NCBI GenBank assembly: GCA_037137535.1
Contig: JBAXKC010000012.1
Coordinates: forward strand, 1-64,000
Direction: 5' to 3'
DNA from: a bacterium
Lineage (GTDB): Bacteria > Cyanobacteriota > Vampirovibrionia > Gastranaerophilales > JBAXKC01
DNA length: 64,000 nt
Made by a program: the position numbers and the translations under genes. The first letter of the stretch is position 1, and every line of letters starts with the position of its first letter. Below the pieces are notes generated by a model, which did no database searches, was not told the origin of the DNA, and saw only the letters and a program-made list of their open reading frames with translations. Below are positions 59,142 through 64,000 of this stretch, in pieces.

Positions 59142-60749
59142 TATCTTTATTTCAAAAAAAAATCCCTCACTGAAAAGTGAGGGAATAAGTTTAAGGAATT
59201 TATATTAAGCGTAGAGTAAGTAACTTTCTTTCATTTTTTTCATTGCGTCTTTTTCTTCTTCAACATTGTTTTTGAAGTTTTTAAGAACGTTTTCGATGAA
59301 TGATTTAACTGTTGGTGCGCCTTGTGCTTCAGCTGTTTTTGCTGCTGCTTCTGTTGCGTTTATGTTCATTCCGAATACATTACCATAGGTTTTGTTTAAA
59401 AATTCATTTGTATCTAAAGTTTGTTGACCTTCAACATTTTTGCCTTTGTAATCTACGTTGAATGTTCCAGCTAAAATATTATTGTTTACATCAAGTTCGT
59501 TTTTCTTGCTGAATGAGTTAAGGTCGATTGAATTGATTCCAAGGTCAGCTGCTGATGCAATTTTTGATTGACCATCTTTTGTTGCAAGTGTTTGAAGAGC
59601 GTTTAATTCTTTACCGTCAATAATACCATCTTTATTTGTATCGAATTGAAGAAGTTCATCCCAACCATTTTGAGCGCCTAGGAATTCTTCTTTTCCACTG
59701 AATTTACCATCTTTATTTTTATCGTTGATGAAATCGAATTTCCAACCATCTGCTTTGAAACCGATAGGGTCTGTTCTTTCTATTTGTGTATCTGGTGCTT
59801 TTTTTTGTAATTCAACACAAAGATCAGAAAATACTTGAGTTGATTCTGTATCGTGGCCGTTTGGTACTTGTACGTTTCCATTGTTATCAACTTTAATTGC
59901 GTTTGAGAAGTTAGCGCCGATATATTTTTTGAATTGATCTTCTGTCATATTTTTTGCTTGTGGGCTGGCTAAGAACTGTTGAAGAGCGGCTACTTCAGGA
60001 TTAGCTGATGTATTAACATCTCCTGTGAATGCTGCTTGCTTAGCTTGTTGAGCTTCTGCTGTTTTAATTTGTGTTTCTAAACCTTGAATATCTGTACCAA
60101 GTGTTGCTGCTTCTTGGGAAAGGTTTTGAATTGTTAAGCCAAGTGCGTTTGCTGTTTGAACTTTTGAATCTAAGATTGATGTATCTATTCCGATTCCGGC
60201 TAATTCTGCTTTTAATGCATCATTGAATTTAATTGACGGATCGTTTTGGGTTTTTGTTGTTACTTTTTTTACTGCTTCTTGTACTTGATTTTCTTGTTTT
60301 GCTGTTAGTGCTTTTGATAAATCATCTGTTTCGCTGATAAGTTTTGTAAGTTCGTCTTGTTTTGCTTGCATTTCGTTTTCTACTACTTCTTTTTGTGCTT
60401 TTTTTGCTGCAACTTGCTCTTTAAGATTATCAGTAGCTGCATTACCTGTTTTTGTTGTGAAGTTTACATCATCTGTATTTGCTGCTACGTTTGTATTATT
60501 GAATAATAATTCTAACCCGTTATTGTTGTTTACTGTTCCATTGTTTTGTAAATTTAAGGAGAAGTTATTGATTTTATTGAATAAGTCTTGGTTTTGAATT
60601 CCGTATACCATCTTTTTATCTCCTTACCTTTAGATCATCAACTGCTTATGTATATATAAAAACATTCCATTATATAAAATTGCGTGACTTGTTATATAAT
60701 TAGTATATACTGTTACATTTCTTAATGTGTTCGCCTGACCACACAAAAA
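59142..60749 (-). repeat. 1.6-kb direct repeat copy B
   Basis: Near-identical to 46546-48139 with a net 15-nt in-frame insertion. Confidence 0.95.
59205..60611 (-). CDS. Coiled-coil protein with DxNxDG Ca-binding-like loops, copy B
   Basis: Near-identical to 46610-48001. Confidence 0.85.
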   Translation of the reverse strand: MVYGIQNQDLFNKINNFSLNLQNNGTVNNNNGLELLFNNTNVAANTDDVNFTTKTGNAATDNLKEQVAAKKAQKEVVENEMQAKQDELTKLISETDDLSKALTAKQENQVQEAVKKVTTKTQNDPSIKFNDALKAELAGIGIDTSILDSKVQTANALGLTIQNLSQEAATLGTDIQGLETQIKTAEAQQAKQAAFTGDVNTSANPEVAALQQFLASPQAKNMTEDQFKKYIGANFSNAIKVDNNGNVQVPNGHDTESTQVFSDLCVELQKKAPDTQIERTDPIGFKADGWKFDFINDKNKDGKFSGKEEFLGAQNGWDELLQFDTNKDGIIDGKELNALQTLATKDGQSKIASAADLGINSIDLNSFSKKNELDVNNNILAGTFNVDYKGKNVEGQQTLDTNEFLNKTYGNVFGMNINATEAAAKTAEAQGAPTVKSFIENVLKNFKNNVEEEKDAMKKMKESYLLYA

Positions 60750-61177
60750 TATCAAGACTTTAACCCGACTTATTTTTAAATCTTATTTTAATAATAACGT
60801 TTCAATATATACTTTTATTCAAAAATTCAATATTTACAAATACAAAAGAAAGAATTTAATTTTTGCTTTCCTGAAATTTATTCTTATTATAAGAATATAA
60901 TTTTTACTGAAAAATCTCATCTTAATAAAAATTAATAATAAAAAAAGGAAATTATTTTAGAGTAACGGTTTTATATTTCATATAACAAAAGTCCACATAC
61001 TACTACATTTTAAATAGTAATTAAATTACAAAAACAAAACCAAACCTTAATTTTTTTATTTATTAATAAATATATGTAAACTTAAAAATCTAAAGGTTTG
61101 TTATAATGTTGTCATCGTGATATAAATATTCACTAACGCACTGCGCGATGGCGTTAAAAATGAGGTGAGGGAAATTT

Positions 61178-61747
61178 ATGAAATCAAGCACTTTACACAA
61201 GCCAAACATTTCAAAAGAAAGGATCGCCGCCTTGGAAGAATTACTAAATGATAAAAAAGTATCCTATGATTCCTCACCGGGAGTCTATGTGAGATCAGAT
61301 AACGACCAAGAGTTAGATATACTCTGGCAAGGTTTTAAAATAAATACAAAAGAAGAAAGATCACCTGGTGTGTACCTTACTATAGGTTTTGTAACCGGTG
61401 CTATCTGTATGTTCCTTATGACGACTATATTAAACCTTGGAACACCTGCAAAAGACGGTTTTATGGACATAAACCTATGGAAACAGGGCAATACAAAAAC
61501 TGAAAAAGTTGTTACACCTCAAATCAGCGTAACTCCTTCAGAAACTCAAATAACAGGAACAGGAACAGAAAATTTCAAACAGGAAAAATATACTGTTCAA
61601 AGTGGTGATACACTTGAAGCTATTTCTTATAAATATTATGGCTCACGTGATCCACAAAAAATCCAATTAATTCAAAATGCAAATAACATGACAAGCCCTG
61701 ATCAGATTGCAATAGGACAAGAAATAAACATTCCTGTTAAAAATTAA
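61178..61747 (+). CDS. Membrane-anchored LysM domain protein
   Basis: Single TM helix; C-terminal YTVQSGDTL..IS..YG...N....I.IGQ.I.IP. Confidence 0.9.
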   Translation: MKSSTLHKPNISKERIAALEELLNDKKVSYDSSPGVYVRSDNDQELDILWQGFKINTKEERSPGVYLTIGFVTGAICMFLMTTILNLGTPAKDGFMDINLWKQGNTKTEKVVTPQISVTPSETQITGTGTENFKQEKYTVQSGDTLEAISYKYYGSRDPQKIQLIQNANNMTSPDQIAIGQEINIPVKN

Positions 61748-61769
61748 TTCTTAATACTAAATAATCAAT

Positions 61770-61848
61770 AAAAAAAAGAAGCAGAATAATCTGCTTCTTT
61801 TAATTTGTCAAAAAAATAGAGTGTTCGTTTGAACACTCTATTTTTTTT
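61770..61848. terminator. Two adjacent intrinsic terminators between convergent LysM gene and apt
   Basis: AGAAGCAGA/TCTGCTTCT and ATAGAGTGTTC/GAACACTCTAT hairpins with A/T tails. Confidence 0.8.
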
Positions 61849-62368
61849 AATATTTAATCATCGATACAACTTCTATACCTTGAGGAAGTTTTTCTCTGCC
61901 GTTAAGGAAATCAAGCTCTATAACAAAAGCTATTGATTCGACTTTTCCGCCAACTTTTTGAACTAATTGACAAGCAGCAGCTGCTGTTCCGCCTGTTGCA
62001 AGTAAATCATCAATAATAAGCACTTTTTTACCGACTTCTATTGCATCGGAGTGAATTTCAATAGAATCAGAACCATACTCAAGATCATAAGTAACGCTTT
62101 CTACTTCAGCAGGTAATTTACCAGGTTTTCTGATTACAATAAAACCAGCTCCGATATTATAAGCAAGAGGAGCGCCAAACATAAACCCTCTTGATTCTAT
62201 TCCTGCAACGTAATCTATTCCTTTGTCTTTATATTCAGCGGTAAGGAAATCGATTATTCTTTTAAAAGTTTCAGCTTCTTTTAAAGCGGTTGTTATGTCT
62301 TTAAAGTTTATCCCCGGCTTAGGAAAGTCAGGAACTTCTCTAATCATTGATTTTACTAACTCAGGCAT
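61847..62368 (-). CDS. apt: Adenine phosphoribosyltransferase
   Basis: PDFPKPGI.FKDIT, ESRGF, RKPGKLP, IDDLLATGGT. Confidence 0.96.
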   Translation of the reverse strand: MPELVKSMIREVPDFPKPGINFKDITTALKEAETFKRIIDFLTAEYKDKGIDYVAGIESRGFMFGAPLAYNIGAGFIVIRKPGKLPAEVESVTYDLEYGSDSIEIHSDAIEVGKKVLIIDDLLATGGTAAAACQLVQKVGGKVESIAFVIELDFLNGREKLPQGIEVVSMIKY

Positions 62369-62592
62369 TAATTTTCCTCCAGTTTATTATTTATAAATAA
62401 GTTTTTCACAATATACAAATCAATATAATTTTACTAGAAAAAGGTTTTTGAGGTTAACCTTTTTTCTAAAAGCAAAAATTAATTACTCTTTTTATAGTAA
62501 ACCTTTTAAGGAAAAATAAGCTATAAAATAATAATGAAGTGAAAAAACAGCAAAAGAAAAGTTTTTAATATACTATATAAATAAAATAATTT

Positions 62593-62666
62593 GCGCTTGT
62601 AGCTCAGTTGGATAGAGTAGCGGTTTCCGAAACCGTTGGTCGTGCGTTCGAATCGCATCAGGCGCA
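62593..62666 (+). tRNA. tRNA-Arg(CCG), CCA not encoded
   Basis: Acceptor GCGCTTG/CAGGCGC, D-arm AGCTCAGTTGGATAGAG, anticodon loop TTCCGAA, T-loop TTCGAAT. Confidence 0.93.
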
Positions 62667-62667
62667 T

Positions 62668-64000
62668 TTATTTGTTTTTATCCAAAAACTTATAATCAAA
62701 AGTAAATACAATATCTATGTCATCTTCATCATATTCTAAAGGCAAAGGAGCAAAAGGAGCTGATTTTATAATTGCATTAATTGCAGCTTCATTAGTTGAA
62801 GAATTATCAGAACCTTTAGTTATTTTATAAGTAAGTAACTTTCCACTCTTGGCTATTTTAAAAAAAGTTACAACCCTTGTATTTTTATCAGACTTAGGCG
62901 GATGCCAATTACTTTTAATTCTAATTTGTAAAGTTCTCATATATGGACTAAAATCTGCTTTTGTTTTATTCCCTAATGAATCCAAACCAGATATATTATT
63001 TTTATAAAAAGCCTTATAATCAAAAGTAAATTGAATATCAACATCATCTTCATCATAATTCATAGGTAAAGGACGAAAAGGAGCTGAGTTTATAATTGCA
63101 CTAATTGCAGCCTCATTAGCTAAAGAATTATTAGAACCTTTGATTATTTTATAAGTAAGTAACTTTCCACTCTTCGCAATTTTTAAATAAGTTACAACCC
63201 TTATATTCTCATCTGACATATGCGGTAAATTCCAATTACGCTTCAACCTATCTTGCAAAGCTGTCATATATGGACCAAAATCTACGCTTATATTATTACC
63301 GTTGACATCAAATTTATAACTTTTTTGTTTTGATAATTCTATTGTAAAATCTCTTAAATTTCCTTCAGGATAATTATAGTTATAAATAATTTTAGGATAA
63401 TCCTCATTATCAGTAATAGTTATTCTTTTTAAATTTCCGTTAATATCATAAAAAAGTTCTTTATTTTTAATTTCAACAGAATAAGATGAAATCTCATTAA
63501 CTGATAAATAATTTAATTTTTTATTACCTTTTTCATGAATATTTTTTTTAATTAACTCTTTATTTTCAACAAAATCGGGGTCTTTTTTAGAATAATCATT
63601 TGAATTAATTTGTTTTATACCAACATCATTTATTACTTTATTTTTTAGAGTTTGAATAAGATCCGAATTTTGATTATATGGCTTAGTAACTATATCTTTT
63701 GTTATATGAAACTGAGCATTAGCCTCATAACTCATATAACAATATTTATTAGGGTATTTTCTTTTTAATTGCTTATATAACTTTTTACACTCCACAAAAT
63801 AAGGGGAATTCTTGAAAAAAGAGTTGCTATTGTTTTTACTGTCATTAAAAATAGATATCTCTATACCGCTGGCCACTTCCTCTAAGTCAATAATTAATTT
63901 ATAAACAACATCTTTCTTTTTTACTGATACATAATAAAGAGTCTTATTATTATTAACGCTGTCTATGGAATAATTATTTTTTATAACGAAAGCTTCAAGT
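62668..64000 (-). CDS. Protein with two tandem TonB/TolA C-terminal-like domains; 5' end outside window
   Basis: Two DF.PYM..LQ.R.K.NW...AAI.AI..SAPF.PLP...FTFDY units; frame stays open from 63876 to the window edge. Confidence 0.85.
   Translation of the reverse strand, partial: LEAFVIKNNYSIDSVNNNKTLYYVSVKKKDVVYKLIIDLEEVASGIEISIFNDSKNNSNSFFKNSPYFVECKKLYKQLKRKYPNKYCYMSYEANAQFHITKDIVTKPYNQNSDLIQTLKNKVINDVGIKQINSNDYSKKDPDFVENKELIKKNIHEKGNKKLNYLSVNEISSYSVEIKNKELFYDINGNLKRITITDNEDYPKIIYNYNYPEGNLRDFTIELSKQKSYKFDVNGNNISVDFGPYMTALQDRLKRNWNLPHMSDENIRVVTYLKIAKSGKLLTYKIIKGSNNSLANEAAISAIINSAPFRPLPMNYDEDDVDIQFTFDYKAFYKNNISGLDSLGNKTKADFSPYMRTLQIRIKSNWHPPKSDKNTRVVTFFKIAKSGKLLTYKITKGSDNSSTNEAAINAIIKSAPFAPLPLEYDEDDIDIVFTFDYKFLDKNK

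Noticed and set aside
46546-60749. Composite transposon or prophage bounded by the long direct repeats
   Set aside because: Repeats encode no transposase or integrase and enclose core genes
61135-61156. GC-rich hairpin AACGC...GCGTT in the LysM gene leader
   Set aside because: Too short to assign; no riboswitch hallmarks seen
1139-61491. Many short antisense or alternate-frame ORFs in the track (e.g. 1345-1668, 15771-16208, 21688-22182, 50442-50795)
   Set aside because: They overlap well-supported genes and lack RBS or motifs; shadow ORFs

Overview
AT-rich bacterial chromosomal window, mostly housekeeping. It carries lysS, nanE-ROK kinase, a GH57 branching enzyme, feoAB, tilS-hpt-DUF3326, adhE, an ars cluster, a YifB/ComM ATPase, smc-scpA-scpB, ilvB-ilvN, an RluB-like synthase, a HelY-like helicase, a CCA-adding enzyme, folE2, HU, apt and tRNA-Arg(CCG). 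The gene set (cyanobacteria-like DUF3326/GH57/HelY, fermentative adhE, no photosynthesis genes here) suggests a non-photosynthetic cyanobacterial relative (Vampirovibrionia/Melainabacteria); this is inference only. Highlights: (1) a compact class-II-like cobalamin riboswitch with promoter, antiterminator and terminator ahead of two uncharacterised genes (55366-57952); (2) several hypothetical proteins share an N-terminal [V/P]-[S/A/N]-F-[K/S]-G motif, and several small ones share a C-terminal L[N/D]xx[A/G] tail, possibly lineage-specific targeting signals; (3) a near-identical 1.6-kb duplicated expression cassette encoding a coiled-coil, EF-hand-like protein; (4) an unlisted 8-Cys peptide gene after feoB; (5) several apparently catalytically degenerate proteins (Doc His->Ser, pseudo-HerA-Tudor, pseudo-PilB, CxxS DipZ-like). 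No CRISPR array, rRNA or transposase was seen. All family calls come from motif recognition by eye, not from database searches.
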